64,000 nucleotides of DNA from Bacteroidaceae bacterium (GCA_045617645.1 JAZLIY010000104.1:69830-133829); one strand, 5' to 3'; positions 1 to 12,851 are shown, counted from the first letter of the stretch. Numbers and translations are program-made. The notes: generated by a model from the sequence alone, not told the origin.

Positions 1-503
1 GCACCAATCTCGCCCAGCTTGGCTACGGTAGCCTTGAACTGATCCAGGTTCACACCGGGACGGCTTGCCTCATCCATATAAGGGAAAACCAAATACTGAC
101 AACCCAGCGTCGTATAGTCATTAATTACTCGACCCAGATCATCTATCATCGTCTGGAAAGGAACATGACTACTGAACGGAGTCAATTTTAGTTCCGTACA
201 GATTTTCTTCACATCCAACATCGAGTTGCCATAGTACTCGTTGTAGAATTCCACGCCATGATAGCCCATCTCGTGAATAGCCTTCAGTGTACCATAGAAA
301 TCTTTCTCCAGGTCGGTGCGCACGCTGTAAAGCTGAACGCCCACGGGCAACTTCTTAGCAAACTTTATCTCACCCTCTGCGCAACACGCTTTCTCACACT
401 CTTCCTTCTTTTCGGGAGCTCCTGCACATGCGCCCAGAGAGAGGGCTGCGGCAGAGGAGGCCATGGTCTTCAGGAACTGACCACGAGTCATCTTACTTGC
501 CAT
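1..503 (-). CDS. Sugar phosphate isomerase/epimerase family protein (xylose isomerase-like TIM barrel). C-terminal part lies outside the window. Tat-like/lipoprotein signal.
   Basis: Minus-strand translation from ATG at 503 gives MASKMTRGQFLKTMASSAAALSLGACAG...KLPVGVQLYSVRTDLEKDFYGTLKAIHEMGYHGVEFY..., typical of this family. It is open to the window edge. It is not in the ORF track because it is truncated. Confidence 0.75.
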   Translation of the reverse strand, partial: MASKMTRGQFLKTMASSAAALSLGACAGAPEKKEECEKACCAEGEIKFAKKLPVGVQLYSVRTDLEKDFYGTLKAIHEMGYHGVEFYNEYYGNSMLDVKKICTELKLTPFSSHVPFQTMIDDLGRVINDYTTLGCQYLVFPYMDEASRPGVNLDQFKATVAKLGEIG

Positions 504-553
504 AATCTTTAATTTTATGTTTGGATTTGTTGATTGTTATACTTTTACGGGCA

Positions 554-561
554 CAAATTTA
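554..561 (-). promoter_or_regulatory. Bacteroidetes -7 box (TAaaTTTG on minus strand) for the isomerase-like gene
   Basis: Reverse complement of caaattta gives TAAATTTG, about 50 nt upstream of the ATG at 503. Confidence 0.45.
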
Positions 562-861
562 CTAAAAAGAAACACAATAGAGAAGTAACTGGACATAAAA
601 AAACCTTCTGTGTAATGATTTGCAAAAAATAAGCCGTATAGAAACTGGTTACCAACGTCTAATCACATTGCGATATTCTTTATATTCGAGAAATTCACAT
701 AACACATCGAAATCCAGTGGTCTAAGTGCTACTATTTTGCCAGCCACTAAGTTTACACTCAAATCCCTCACCTAATCATGCTTTGGTTTTCAGCAGAAGA
801 TACTTTCACTCCGCAATGGAAAAAAAACATGCTTTTCCTTGTCATTACATTCGCTTAATCG

Positions 862-869
862 TATCTTTG
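862..869 (+). promoter_or_regulatory. Bacteroidetes -7 box TAtcTTTG
   Basis: tatctttg lies 23 nt upstream of the ATG at 892. Confidence 0.5.
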
Positions 870-891
870 CAGAAATTTTAGACAAAAATAT

Positions 892-1257
892 ATGAGAAAA
901 AGCACTATTACCTTATTGCTCTGCCTGTGCGCGTTATGCATGTTGCCTAGTTGCCAGTCAAGCAGGATGGCTGCTGTTGAGGACTTGAGGGACCTGAGGA
1001 ACGACATTCGAGACGAAGGAATTGACTATGGTATATTAGACTGGAGACATGCCATAAAAAAATACAAGAAGATAGAGAAGCGACTGGCCAAGCATAACTA
1101 CACGGACGAGGAACAAAAAGAAATCGGCGAACTGAAAGGTGAATGTTACAGCTACTTTGCCAAGAGCGTGGCTGGAAACGTTGCCGGCAAAGTGGCCAAC
1201 GTGAGCAATCAGTTGAAGGGTATCGTGGACGGTATGAAGAAGGCCTGGAACGAATAG
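892..1257 (+). CDS. Hypothetical lipoprotein (121 aa)
   Basis: Signal peptide with lipobox (LCALCMLPSCQSS). The remainder is a charged, helical-looking sequence. A promoter box lies just upstream. Confidence 0.7.
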   Translation: MRKSTITLLLCLCALCMLPSCQSSRMAAVEDLRDLRNDIRDEGIDYGILDWRHAIKKYKKIEKRLAKHNYTDEEQKEIGELKGECYSYFAKSVAGNVAGKVANVSNQLKGIVDGMKKAWNE

Positions 1258-1258
1258 C

Positions 1259-1555
1259 ATGAATCTGAGCGGCATCATTATAGGACTGGCAACCTTTCTG
1301 ACCATCGGTCTCTTTCATCCCATCGTGATAAAAGCGGAGTATTACTTCGGAAAACGATGCTGGTGGGTATTTCTGGTGACGGGCATTGTCTGTCTGGCAT
1401 TGAGTCTGATTTGCGCCAACCTGTACGGTAGCATAATCCTGGGCGTGGTAGCGTTCTCCTCCTTTTGGAGTATTGGAGAAATTTTTGCCCAACACAATAG
1501 GGTGAAAAAAGGGTGGTTCCCGATGAATCCGAGCCGAAAGGACGAGTATTCGTGA
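1259..1555 (+). CDS. Small integral membrane protein, DUF4491-like (98 aa)
   Basis: Three hydrophobic segments and the motif FHPIVIKAEYYFGKRCWW...FWSIGEIF...KGWFPMNP, recalled from DUF4491 proteins of Bacteroidales. It starts 1 nt after the upstream stop. Confidence 0.7.
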   Translation: MNLSGIIIGLATFLTIGLFHPIVIKAEYYFGKRCWWVFLVTGIVCLALSLICANLYGSIILGVVAFSSFWSIGEIFAQHNRVKKGWFPMNPSRKDEYS

Positions 1556-1714
1556 GCTAAAGACTACCCTATTCCTATACCTTATATATAAATTAGGACT
1601 CATTTATGCCCTCTGTGCGTGAAGTGCAGGGGGTATAATTATGAAATATGGAGAAATATTAGTAACTTTGTGCCCGAAACAAAAGTCAGCCTTTGCGCTG
1701 CACAACCCAAAACA

Positions 1715-2623
1715 ATGATCACAAGACGATTTCAACTGCTGGTTGCGTGTCTGATATGTGCCCTGATGGGACTGGCACAAAACCAAAGCCAGACACAGGC
1801 CTACTGGAGTTACATCAACCAATACAAGGACATGGCGGTGGACCAAATGAACCGTTATAGGATTCCGGCAAGTATCACACTAGCTCAGGGATTGCTGGAG
1901 AGCAACGCAGGACGGAGTACATTGGCAACCCAGGCAAACAATCACTTTGGCATCAAGGTGGGTTCTTCGTGGACAGGACCTTACGTGCTGCGAAACGATG
2001 ATGCACCGAACGAGAAGTTCAGGAAATACAACAACGCTAGCGAGAGTTACGAGGACCATTCCAAATTTCTGCACGGCCGCCGATATCAGGGACTATTCCA
2101 ACTGGCCATCACGGATTATCAAGGTTGGGCCCGTGGATTGAAGGCATGCGGATATGCCACGAACCCAGCATACGCGGAATCACTGATTCACCTGATAGAA
2201 ATGTACAGTTTGTACCAGTTCGACACAGGCAAACTGAAACGCCAGACCCAGCAGCCGAGCAATGATTTCTGGGCGAACCACCAGATATGGAAGGCCAACA
2301 AGCGCTACTTCATCGTAGTCCAGTTGGGAGACGACATGGCAACCATCAGCCGCGAGACGGGCATCAGCCTCAGGAAACTGTACAAGTACAATGACCTAAG
2401 CCGGGATTATGCCCCCACACAAGGTGATGTAATTTACTTGCAAAAGAAGCGTACTGAGGCAAGCCGCGAGTTCAGAAAAAATCCCATCCATATCGTGGAA
2501 CCGAACCAGAGTCTGTTCGACATCGCTCAACTTTACGGCATCCAGATGAAGAGCCTATACAAGATGAACGGACTGGATGCAACCTACTCACCACAGGTGG
2601 GAGACATTCTGAGAATACGATAA
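1715..2623 (+). CDS. Peptidoglycan hydrolase: N-acetylglucosaminidase (FlgJ/mannosyl-glycoprotein endo-beta-GlcNAcase domain) with two C-terminal LysM domains
   Basis: IPASITLAQGLLESNAGRSTLATQANNHFGIKV is a glucosaminidase signature. There are two LysM-like repeats (YFIVVQLGDDMATISRETG...VIYL and IHIVEPNQSLFDIAQLYG...ILRI). The start is moved to the internal ATG at 1715, which gives signal peptide MITRRFQLLVACLICALMGLAQ. Confidence 0.85.
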   Translation: MITRRFQLLVACLICALMGLAQNQSQTQAYWSYINQYKDMAVDQMNRYRIPASITLAQGLLESNAGRSTLATQANNHFGIKVGSSWTGPYVLRNDDAPNEKFRKYNNASESYEDHSKFLHGRRYQGLFQLAITDYQGWARGLKACGYATNPAYAESLIHLIEMYSLYQFDTGKLKRQTQQPSNDFWANHQIWKANKRYFIVVQLGDDMATISRETGISLRKLYKYNDLSRDYAPTQGDVIYLQKKRTEASREFRKNPIHIVEPNQSLFDIAQLYGIQMKSLYKMNGLDATYSPQVGDILRIR

Positions 2624-2639
2624 AAATAACGATTAATAG

Positions 2640-4262
<1,623 letters not shown>

Positions 4263-4322
4263 GCGAGTTTGGCATGGTTTTTGTAGGGAACCATTCAGAA
4301 CGAACAAAATCAACTACGGATT

Positions 4323-4916
4323 ATGAGCGAAGAAATGAAAGACAAGAACGTGGAAGCTGAAAACGAAGCAGTAAAGGAACAAAGAACAGAACAAGTGGAT
4401 AACAACATGAAAGTCGCAGCCGAAGACACAGAAGAGACACAGGAATCTCAACCTGCCACTTCAGAGGAATTATTAGCACAGGCAAACGATAAAATTGCCG
4501 GATTGGAAGACCAATTGCTGCGCAAGATAGCAGAATTCGACAACTACCGCAAACGTACGTTGAAGGAAAAAACAGAGTTGATTCTGAACGGCGGCGAAAA
4601 AACCATCGTGAGCATACTGCCCGTATTGGACGACATGGAACGTGCCATAAAGAACATGCAGAGTGCAGAGGATGTAAAAGCCGTACTGGAAGGAGTGGAA
4701 CTTATCTACAAGAAATTCATCAGCATACTGGAGAAGCAGGGCGTAGAGAAGATTTGCACGGAAAATGCAGACTTCGATGTGGATGTGCACGAGGCCATCG
4801 CACAACTGCCCGCTCCTACGGACGAGTTGAAAGGCAAAGTAATGGACTGCACCCTGACAGGATACAAGCTGAACGAGAAGGTCATACGTCACGCTCAAGT
4901 AGTAGTTGGACTCTAA
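4323..4916 (+). CDS. grpE: Nucleotide exchange factor GrpE
   Basis: Acidic N-terminus followed by [19 protein letters not shown]...VLDDMERA...[16 protein letters not shown]. It lies immediately upstream of dnaJ. Confidence 0.95.
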   Translation: MSEEMKDKNVEAENEAVKEQRTEQVDNNMKVAAEDTEETQESQPATSEELLAQANDKIAGLEDQLLRKIAEFDNYRKRTLKEKTELILNGGEKTIVSILPVLDDMERAIKNMQSAEDVKAVLEGVELIYKKFISILEKQGVEKICTENADFDVDVHEAIAQLPAPTDELKGKVMDCTLTGYKLNEKVIRHAQVVVGL

Positions 4917-4929
4917 ACTTTCTACAATT

Positions 4930-6096
4930 ATGGCTGAGAAAAGAGATTATTACGAAGTACTCGGCGTTGGCAAGAATGCCACTGAGGACGAGATTAAGAA
5001 GGCCTACAAGAAACTGGCTATCAAATACCACCCTGACAGAAATCCTGGCAACAAGGAAGCCGAAGAGAAGTTTAAGGAAGCTGCTGAAGCGTACGATGTA
5101 CTGCACGATCCGCAGAAGAAGCAGCGATACGACCAGTTCGGTCATGCAGGTCTAAACGGTGGTGCTTCGGGCTTCGGCGGTGGCAGCATGAACATGGACG
5201 ACATATTCAGTATGTTCGGTGACATCTTCGGTGGTCACGGCTTTGGCAGTGGATTCGGTGGTGGATTCGGTGGTTTCGGCGGCAATGGTGGAGGCAGACA
5301 GCAATATCGTGGAAATGACCTGCGATTGAAGGTGCGTCTCACGCTGAACGAAGTTGCAACAGGCGTAACAAAGAAGTTCAAGGTTCGTAAGAAGGTGACA
5401 TGTACACATTGCCATGGTACCGGTAGCGAGGACGGCCATGAGGAAAGATGCCCCCACTGCGGCGGTTCAGGACAAACGGTGCAGACTGTAAGCACAATGT
5501 TCGGCAGAATGCAGACACAGCGACCATGTCCACATTGTGGCGGTACAGGACAAATCATCAAAAACAAATGTCATGAATGCAACGGAGAAGGCATCATAAA
5601 CGGCGAAGAGGTCGTTGAGGTAAAAATACCAGCCGGCGTATCCGACGGAATGGTGCTGAACGTAAGTGGAAAAGGTCATGCAGGCAAGTTAAACGGCATA
5701 CCAGGCGACATTCAAGTTTTCATTGAGGTCGAGAGCAATAAAGATCTTGTGCGCCAAGACAATAACCTCATCTACAATCTATTGCTCGATTTACCGACAG
5801 CCGTACTGGGCGGCAGTGCAGAAGTCCCCACGTTAGATGGTCGTGTGAAGATAAAGATAGACCCGGGCACACAACCAGGCAAAGTCATGCGTTTACGTGG
5901 AAAAGGTTTACCATCTGTACAAGGTTACGGTTTCGGCACAGGCGATTTGATTGTGAACCTCAGTGTCTATATCCCTGAAACCCTGAATAGGGACGAAAAG
6001 CAAATGTTCGAAAAAATGGTCGGTAGTGAGAGTTTTGCACCGTCAAATTCTCAAAGTGACAATTTCTTCAATCGTTTTAAAAAGATATTCGAATGA
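4930..6096 (+). CDS. dnaJ: Molecular chaperone DnaJ
   Basis: J domain (DYYEVLGV...HPDRNPG), G/F-rich linker and four CxxCxGxG zinc-finger motifs. The start is set at MAEKRDYYE (ATG 4930), not the upstream extension in the ORF track. Confidence 0.95.
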   Translation: MAEKRDYYEVLGVGKNATEDEIKKAYKKLAIKYHPDRNPGNKEAEEKFKEAAEAYDVLHDPQKKQRYDQFGHAGLNGGASGFGGGSMNMDDIFSMFGDIFGGHGFGSGFGGGFGGFGGNGGGRQQYRGNDLRLKVRLTLNEVATGVTKKFKVRKKVTCTHCHGTGSEDGHEERCPHCGGSGQTVQTVSTMFGRMQTQRPCPHCGGTGQIIKNKCHECNGEGIINGEEVVEVKIPAGVSDGMVLNVSGKGHAGKLNGIPGDIQVFIEVESNKDLVRQDNNLIYNLLLDLPTAVLGGSAEVPTLDGRVKIKIDPGTQPGKVMRLRGKGLPSVQGYGFGTGDLIVNLSVYIPETLNRDEKQMFEKMVGSESFAPSNSQSDNFFNRFKKIFE

Positions 6097-7388
6097 CCTA
6101 TCAAGAAGCTACTGACTATCTATACAACTCCGCCCCGCTATTTCAAAATATCGGGGCGGGCGCATACAAAGAAGGACTGAGCAATACGCTTTTGCTAGAT
6201 GCTCACCTCCATCATCCCCACAGAAGCTTCAGAACCATTCATGTGGCCGGGACAAACGGAAAGGGATCAGTCAGTCATACCCTAGCCGCCATTCTACAAT
6301 GTGCAGGATACAAAGTAGGATTATATACTAGTCCTCACCTAATAGATTTTAGAGAGCGCATTCGGGTGAACGGTGAAATGATTCCTCAGGAACGGGTCGT
6401 TCGGTTTATAGAGGAAGAAAGGTTCTTTTTCGAACCACTCCATCCATCCTTCTTTGAATTAGCCACTTCGCTGGCATTCCAATATTTCAGGGAAGAATCC
6501 ATAGACATTGCCGTGGTGGAAGTAGGACTAGGAGGCAGACTGGACTGCACCAACATCATACAGCCCGACCTATGCGTCATAACGAACATCAGTTTCGACC
6601 ATATTCAGTTTTTGGGAAACACCCTAGAAAAAATAGCTGGTGAGAAAGCGGGCATCATAAAGAAAAACATACCCGTTGTCATAGGAGAAACAAACGGACA
6701 CGAAGGTGTGCGAGATGTTTTCCAGCGGAAGGCAAACGAAGTACAAGCACCGATCATCTTTGCAGAGGATAATCCAGAAATCTGCGAGTCGAAATGTCTG
6801 CCAACCGGGGGATATCAATACAAAACAACAAAATATGGACAAATAGAAGGCCAACTGGGCGGTTTCTGCCAGGAAAAGAACACAAGCACCATTCTTACTG
6901 CCATAAATCTCCTAAAACAAAACAAATGGTACAAGATAACAAACGAGCAAATTCGCGAAGGATTCTTGTCCGTCTGCGATAGGACGGGGTTGATGGGACG
7001 ATGGCAAACACTTCAGACGGAGCCACGTGTCATCTGCGATACAGGCCATAACGTAGGAGGAATGCAATATATAACATCCCAATTGGTAAAAACCCCACAC
7101 AACGACCTACACATCATCATCGGCATGGTCAGCGACAAAGATATCAACACCGTATTGTCTATGTTACCGAAAGAGGCGGAATATTACTTTACGCAAGCTT
7201 CGGTAAAAAGGGCACTTCCCGTAAAAGATTTCGCAGAAAAAGCCCGTACAGCCGGACTAAAAGGCCAAGAATACGCCGATGTAAACATTGCATATAGCGA
7301 AGCGCTGAAAAAAGCCCAATCCAACGACATAATATTTGTCGGTGGAAGTACTTTCATTGTTGCAGACCTACTAAAATCCCTTTTTTAA
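6093..7388 (+). CDS. folC: Bifunctional folylpolyglutamate synthase/dihydrofolate synthase
   Basis: Mur-ligase type P-loop [10 protein letters not shown], plus [14 protein letters not shown] and [13 protein letters not shown]. There is a 4-nt ATGA overlap with the dnaJ stop. Confidence 0.9.
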   Translation: MTYQEATDYLYNSAPLFQNIGAGAYKEGLSNTLLLDAHLHHPHRSFRTIHVAGTNGKGSVSHTLAAILQCAGYKVGLYTSPHLIDFRERIRVNGEMIPQERVVRFIEEERFFFEPLHPSFFELATSLAFQYFREESIDIAVVEVGLGGRLDCTNIIQPDLCVITNISFDHIQFLGNTLEKIAGEKAGIIKKNIPVVIGETNGHEGVRDVFQRKANEVQAPIIFAEDNPEICESKCLPTGGYQYKTTKYGQIEGQLGGFCQEKNTSTILTAINLLKQNKWYKITNEQIREGFLSVCDRTGLMGRWQTLQTEPRVICDTGHNVGGMQYITSQLVKTPHNDLHIIIGMVSDKDINTVLSMLPKEAEYYFTQASVKRALPVKDFAEKARTAGLKGQEYADVNIAYSEALKKAQSNDIIFVGGSTFIVADLLKSLF

Positions 7389-7452
7389 TCTTTTTGTATG
7401 AATAAATGCATCTTTTTTACATAATCCATTTGTCAATATGTAAAAAAAATCA

Positions 7453-7460
7453 TAAATTTG
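7453..7460 (+). promoter_or_regulatory. Bacteroidetes -7 box TAaaTTTG for the galactose block
   Basis: taaatttg lies 35 nt upstream of the galM ATG. Confidence 0.5.
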
Positions 7461-7494
7461 CGCTAGAAACATCTTTAATTCTAAACGCAAAAGA

Positions 7495-8574
7495 ATGGGT
7501 AATACTTTAATATCCGGTTTGAAAAGAGAAAATTTTCAAGCCACAGTACAAGGCAAGCAAACAGACTTGTACACCCTGACAAACGAGAATGGTATGGAAG
7601 TGTGCATTACCAACTATGGCGGCACTTTGGTAGCAATAATGGTTCCTGACAGGAATGGCAATATGGCAAATGTCATTCAGGGGCACGACAACATAAAGAG
7701 TTGCATGGAAAGTCCCGAGCCATTCCTCAGCACCCTAATAGGTCGCTATGGCAACCGCATCTGCAAAGGACGCTTTACCATGAACGGCAAGGTGTATTCT
7801 CTGGCTGTGAATAACGGCCCCAATCATCTGCATGGTGGTCCTACCGGTTTCCATGCAAGAGTATGGGATGCAGAACAGATCAACGAAAAGGAATTGGTAC
7901 TTCGATACATTTCCGCATATTATGAAGAAGGTTTCCCCGGTGAGTTATCCATGGCTGTAAAATACAGTTTGTCCGATAACAATGAACTGACGATTGACTA
8001 TCGTGGCACGACAAACAAGAAGACCATCGTGAACATGACAAGCCACGGTTTCTTCTCTTTGGCTGGCATAGCCAACCCTACCCCATCTGCCATGAACAAT
8101 ATCTGCCAGATAAATGCTGATTTCTATATCCCCATTGATGAGACAAGCATTCCAACAGGTGAGATATTAAAGGTAGAAGGTACTCCGTTCGACTTCCGCA
8201 AGCCTCATGCTGTGGGGGATTTGATCGATGCCGACAACGAGCAGATAAAGAACGGTGCCGGATACGACCATTGTTTCGTATTGAAAAAGAACGAACCAGG
8301 TGAACTCAGCTTTGCTGCAAAGATTTCGGAACCAGTTTCTGGTCGTTATATGGAAGTCTATACAACAGAACCCGGCGTTCAGTTCTATAGCGACAACTGG
8401 GCAAACGGTTTCCCCGGCTCTCATGGTGCAACATTCGGCAAAAGAAGCGCCCTGTGCTTTGAAGCTCAGCATTTCCCCGACAGCCCAAATAGGCCCCATT
8501 TCCCAAGCGTCGTTCTGAGACCTGGAGAAATCTACAAGCAAAGAACGATCTATAAGTTCGGTACAGAAGACTAA
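7495..8574 (+). CDS. galM: Aldose 1-epimerase (galactose mutarotase)
   Basis: GRYGNRICKGRFTMNGKVYSLAVNNGPNHLHGG...GFH, MTSHGFF and CFEAQHFPDSPN are mutarotase motifs. The gal context supports the call. Confidence 0.9.
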   Translation: MGNTLISGLKRENFQATVQGKQTDLYTLTNENGMEVCITNYGGTLVAIMVPDRNGNMANVIQGHDNIKSCMESPEPFLSTLIGRYGNRICKGRFTMNGKVYSLAVNNGPNHLHGGPTGFHARVWDAEQINEKELVLRYISAYYEEGFPGELSMAVKYSLSDNNELTIDYRGTTNKKTIVNMTSHGFFSLAGIANPTPSAMNNICQINADFYIPIDETSIPTGEILKVEGTPFDFRKPHAVGDLIDADNEQIKNGAGYDHCFVLKKNEPGELSFAAKISEPVSGRYMEVYTTEPGVQFYSDNWANGFPGSHGATFGKRSALCFEAQHFPDSPNRPHFPSVVLRPGEIYKQRTIYKFGTED

Positions 8575-8613
8575 AATCCAAATAAATTACTAACAATAAA
8601 AACATTAAGAACA

Positions 8614-9894
8614 ATGAGTCAAGAAAAGAACAACGGTAAGACAATTGCCATTATCACAATGTGTTTCATCTTCGCGATGATCTCATTCGTAACAAACATG
8701 GGCGCTCCATTTGGAAACATCTGGGGTTATCAGTATTCATGGGCCAGCATGATGGGTAACATGATGAACTTTGCGGCCTATCTGTTCATGGGTATACCCG
8801 CAGGTAAGATGCTGGAGAAGTATGGATACAAGAAAACGGCTCTGATTGCCCTTATCGTAGGAATCGTCGGTTTGCTTATCCAATACCTAAGCAGTATCTT
8901 TGGTGCTGACATCAAGGCATTCGAATATGATGGCCAGATTGTTGCCATGAACCTGATTATCTACTTGCTGGGCGCATTCATCTGCGGTTTCTGCGTATGT
9001 ATGCTGAACACTGTTGTTAACCCTATGCTGAACCTGCTTGGTGGTGGTGGCAACAAAGGTAACCAGTTAATCCAGATTGGCGGTACACTGAACTCTCTGA
9101 CCGGAACTTTAACTCCCCTGTTGGTTGGTGTAATGATCGGTACCGTATCTGAATCTACCAGCATGAGCAATGTAGCTCCTCTGTTGTGGATTGGTATTGC
9201 TGTATTCGCCATAAGCTTCGTCATCATTAAGATGGTAAATATCCCTGAACCACAAAGCGGTTCTGTTAATGGTGAGAAGAATGCACACAGCCCTTGGTCA
9301 TTCCGTCATTTCGTACTGGGTGCTATTGCCATCTTCTTCTATGTAGGTATCGAGATTGGTATTCCAGCACAGTTGAATTTCTACTTGTCCGGAATGAGTT
9401 TCGAAGGTGCCGCAGCTGTCGGTGGAGCATTGGCCGCTGCCTATTGGTTCTTGATGATGATCGGTCGTGCATTCAGTTCTGCTATCAGTGGTAAGATTTC
9501 CACCAAGATGCAGATGGCAACCGTTTCTATTGTAGCTATTCTGTTGCTGATTCTGGCCATCATGTTGCCCGAATCTTGCGCTATCCAGTTCAAGGGCAAT
9601 CCCGTTCCTGTTAAGTGCTTCGCTATCGCCATCTGCGGTCTTTGCACCAGCGTTATGTGGGGTTGCATCTTCAACCTGGCTGTAGAAGGTCTGGGCAAAT
9701 ATACAGCCGCAGCTTCCGGTATCTTCATGATGATGGTTGTCGGTGGTGGTATCATGCCTTTGATCCAGGACTTCATTGCCAAGGCTACCACTCCTATCAC
9801 TAGCTATTGGTTGGTAATTGCCATGTTGGCTTACTTGCTCTACTATAGCGTAATTGGTTGCAAGAACGTAAATAAAGATATTCCCGTAGAATAA
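8614..9894 (+). CDS. MFS sugar transporter, glucose/galactose (GluP/FucP-type) permease
   Basis: About 12 predicted hydrophobic helices and 426 aa. It sits between galM and galK, as in other Bacteroidales gal loci. Confidence 0.85.
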   Translation: MSQEKNNGKTIAIITMCFIFAMISFVTNMGAPFGNIWGYQYSWASMMGNMMNFAAYLFMGIPAGKMLEKYGYKKTALIALIVGIVGLLIQYLSSIFGADIKAFEYDGQIVAMNLIIYLLGAFICGFCVCMLNTVVNPMLNLLGGGGNKGNQLIQIGGTLNSLTGTLTPLLVGVMIGTVSESTSMSNVAPLLWIGIAVFAISFVIIKMVNIPEPQSGSVNGEKNAHSPWSFRHFVLGAIAIFFYVGIEIGIPAQLNFYLSGMSFEGAAAVGGALAAAYWFLMMIGRAFSSAISGKISTKMQMATVSIVAILLLILAIMLPESCAIQFKGNPVPVKCFAIAICGLCTSVMWGCIFNLAVEGLGKYTAAASGIFMMMVVGGGIMPLIQDFIAKATTPITSYWLVIAMLAYLLYYSVIGCKNVNKDIPVE

Positions 9895-9919
9895 AATGTT
9901 TATATAAAATAAGGATATT

Positions 9920-11080
9920 ATGAAATTAACGATTGAAGACGTTAGAAGTCGTTTTATAAAGCATTTCGATGGCTCCACTGGTTCCGTCTATGCTTCACCA
10001 GGCCGTATTAATCTGATTGGTGAACATACAGATTACAACAACGGTTTCGTTTTCCCCGGTGCTGTTGAGCAGGGAATCATTGCAGAAATCAAGCCAAATG
10101 GGACACGTACAGTCAGAGCTTATAGCATCGATCTGAAAGATTATACCGAGTTCTCCCTCGATGACGAAAAGGGTCCCAAAGCATCTTGGGCACGTTATAT
10201 CTTTGGCGTATGTCGCGAGATGATGGCTTTGGGCGTACCCGTAGAGGGTTTCAACACAGCCTTTGCCGGTGACGTACCTCTGGGTGCAGGTATGAGTTCA
10301 TCAGCCGCACTGGAAAGCACCTTTGCTTTCGCACTGAATGACATCTGGGGTGACAACAAGATCGAGAAAATGGAACTGGCACGTGTCGGTCAGCGTACCG
10401 AACACAAGTATGTTGGTTGCAACTGCGGTATCATGGATCAGGCCATCAGCGTATTAGGTAAGAAAGGTAGCCTCATGCGCCTCGATTGCCGTAGCGGTGA
10501 GTACGAATACTTCCCCTGGAATCCGAAGGGCTATCAGTTGGTATTAGTAAATAGTTGCGTTAAGCATGAGCTGGCAGGTTCACCCTACAACGAGCGCCGT
10601 CTGCAATGTGAACATGTAGCAGAAGTCATCAAGACCTTGCATCCTGAAGTAGAATCTCTTCGCGATGCTTCAATGGAGATGCTGGAAGAGGTAAAAGACA
10701 AGATTACAGCTGACGAATACAAGAGGGCTCGTTATGTAATCGGTGAAGTAGTGCGTGTGCTCGCTGTATGCGACGCTTTGCAGAAAGACGACTACGAAAC
10801 CGTGGGTCAGATGATGTATGAGACACATTATGGGCTGAGCAAGGAATATGAAGTAAGTTGCGAAGAGTTGGATTTCCTGAACGACATAGCCAAAGAAGAA
10901 GGCGTAACGGGTTCACGCATCATGGGTGGTGGATTTGGCGGTTGCACCATCAACCTGGTTGCAGAAGAACTGGTTGACAACTTCAAGAAAGTCGTAACAG
11001 AGAAGTTTAGCGCGAAATACGGCAAGTCCCCGATTATCATTGATGTCGTAATTGGTGACGGTTCTCGCAAACTCTGCTAA
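9920..11080 (+). CDS. galK: Galactokinase
   Basis: GRINLIGEHTDYNNGFV (galactokinase signature), GHMP motif PLGAGMSSSAALE, and GSRIMGGGFGGCTINL. Confidence 0.95.
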   Translation: MKLTIEDVRSRFIKHFDGSTGSVYASPGRINLIGEHTDYNNGFVFPGAVEQGIIAEIKPNGTRTVRAYSIDLKDYTEFSLDDEKGPKASWARYIFGVCREMMALGVPVEGFNTAFAGDVPLGAGMSSSAALESTFAFALNDIWGDNKIEKMELARVGQRTEHKYVGCNCGIMDQAISVLGKKGSLMRLDCRSGEYEYFPWNPKGYQLVLVNSCVKHELAGSPYNERRLQCEHVAEVIKTLHPEVESLRDASMEMLEEVKDKITADEYKRARYVIGEVVRVLAVCDALQKDDYETVGQMMYETHYGLSKEYEVSCEELDFLNDIAKEEGVTGSRIMGGGFGGCTINLVAEELVDNFKKVVTEKFSAKYGKSPIIIDVVIGDGSRKLC

Positions 11081-11153
11081 TTCAATCCTATTTAATCATT
11101 TATCGCCCCTTCAGGCAGCAACGTCTGAAGGGGCAATTATTTAAAGCACAAAA

Positions 11154-12851
11154 ATGTTACCATTAAGCGTATTTGCATGGCAGGACTGGAGTGTCATCGC
11201 ACTCTTTACCCTGTTCATGATAGGAATAGTCTTTTATGTCCTTAGACAAAAAAATGAGAACTCCGGTGATTACTTCCTGGGAGGACGTGATGCCACATGG
11301 ATTGCCATAGGAACAAGCCTTTTTGCCAGCAACATCGGATCGGAACATTTAATCGGATTGGCCGGTAGCGGTGCAGCCAGCGGTATGGCCATGGCACACT
11401 GGGAAATCCAAGGCTGGATAATCCTGGTTTTAGCATGGGTGTTTGTACCCTTCTATGAGAGAAGTCAGGTAATGACAATGCCCGAGTTTCTGGAAAGAAG
11501 ATACAATAGCACCAGTCGAAGTATCCTGACCGCTATTTCCCTGATCAGCTATGTGATGACAAAGGTTGCCGTTACGGTATTTGCCGGAGGTCTGGTTTTC
11601 CAGCAGGTATTCGGTATCAAAGAACTTTGGGGTATTGATTTCTTCTGGATTGCAGCCATTGGCCTTGTATTGATAACAGCCATCTACACCATTATCGGTG
11701 GTATGAAGAGTGTCCTTTACACCAGCGTCTTACAAACACCTATCCTATTGCTGGGTTCTGCCATCATCCTATTCCTTGGTTTCAAGGCTTTAGGCGGATG
11801 GGATCAGATGTTGCAGGCATGCGATGTGACACCCAACTACGAAGGTGCCACAGGCACGATGATTCATCTGATGCGTAGCAATGAAGACCCACAGTATCCG
11901 TGGCTTGGCGCATTGATTGCCAGTGCCGTCATTGGATTCTGGTATTGGTGTACCGACCAGTTTATCGTACAGCGTGTCCTGTCCGGAAAGAACCAGAAGG
12001 AATCACGCCGTGGTGCCATCTTCGGAGCCTATCTGAAACTGTTACCCGTTTTCCTGTTCTTGATTCCAGGTATGATTGCATTTGCCTTGGCACAAAAGCA
12101 GATTAGCATAAACGGCGAAATCTTTACTTTATCGACCCCCGATGCAGCCTTCCCCACTTTGGTATCTAAGTTATTGCCTGCTGGCGTCAAGGGCTTGGTC
12201 GTATGTGGAATCCTGGCAGCACTTATGTCGTCATTGGCATCTTTGTTCAATAGTTCCGCCATGCTTTACACAATAGACTTTCACAAGCGTGTATTCCCGA
12301 AGACATCAGAAAAGCAACTGGTTGTCATTGGACAGATTGCCACCGTTGTCATCGTTGTGCTTGGTATTCTATGGATTCCAGTCATGAGAAGTGTAGGAAA
12401 CGTGCTCTATAATTACCTGCAGGATGTTCAGAGTGTATTGGCTCCTGGTATAGCAAGTGCCTTCCTCTTGGGAATCTGCTGGAAGAGAACCTCTGCCATG
12501 GGCGGTATGTGGGGATTGCTCTCCGGTTTGATCATAGGTCTTACACGTCTGGGAGCAAAGATCTATTACAGCAACGTACCTGATGCAGCAGACAGTCTTT
12601 TCAAGAGCGTCTTCTACGATCTGAACTGGTTGTTCTTCAGCGGATGGATGCTGCTGATTTGCTGTATTATAGTTATCATCGTCAGTCTATGTACCAAGGC
12701 TCCTGATGAAAAACAAATCCAAGGCTTAGTCTTCGGTACGGCAACTCCAGAACAAAAAGAAATAACCAGAAAGAGCTGGACAAAATGGGATGTCATACAT
12801 ACGGTTATCATCCTTGGTTTCACCGCTGCATTCTATTGGTATTTCTGGTAA
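11154..12851 (+). CDS. Sodium:solute symporter family (SGLT-like sodium/sugar cotransporter)
   Basis: 565 aa and about 14 TM. It has GGRD..W.A.G.SLFASNIGSEHLIGLAG and MPEFLERRY motifs typical of SSS/SGLT transporters. Confidence 0.9.
   Translation: MLPLSVFAWQDWSVIALFTLFMIGIVFYVLRQKNENSGDYFLGGRDATWIAIGTSLFASNIGSEHLIGLAGSGAASGMAMAHWEIQGWIILVLAWVFVPFYERSQVMTMPEFLERRYNSTSRSILTAISLISYVMTKVAVTVFAGGLVFQQVFGIKELWGIDFFWIAAIGLVLITAIYTIIGGMKSVLYTSVLQTPILLLGSAIILFLGFKALGGWDQMLQACDVTPNYEGATGTMIHLMRSNEDPQYPWLGALIASAVIGFWYWCTDQFIVQRVLSGKNQKESRRGAIFGAYLKLLPVFLFLIPGMIAFALAQKQISINGEIFTLSTPDAAFPTLVSKLLPAGVKGLVVCGILAALMSSLASLFNSSAMLYTIDFHKRVFPKTSEKQLVVIGQIATVVIVVLGILWIPVMRSVGNVLYNYLQDVQSVLAPGIASAFLLGICWKRTSAMGGMWGLLSGLIIGLTRLGAKIYYSNVPDAADSLFKSVFYDLNWLFFSGWMLLICCIIVIIVSLCTKAPDEKQIQGLVFGTATPEQKEITRKSWTKWDVIHTVIILGFTAAFYWYFW

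Noticed and set aside
258-512. 84-aa plus-strand ORF
   Set aside because: It is antisense to the well-supported sugar phosphate isomerase-like CDS (1-503, minus strand).
947-1603. 218-aa minus-strand ORF
   Set aside because: It is antisense to two plus-strand genes that have clear signal/TM features. The sequence is Arg/Ser/Pro-rich and looks like nonsense.
5150-5300. Gly/Phe-rich repetitive stretch in dnaJ as a possible unusual repeat
   Set aside because: This is the canonical G/F linker of type I DnaJ proteins.
9298-9978. 226-aa minus-strand ORF
   Set aside because: It is antisense to the MFS transporter and the galK start, with no family resemblance.
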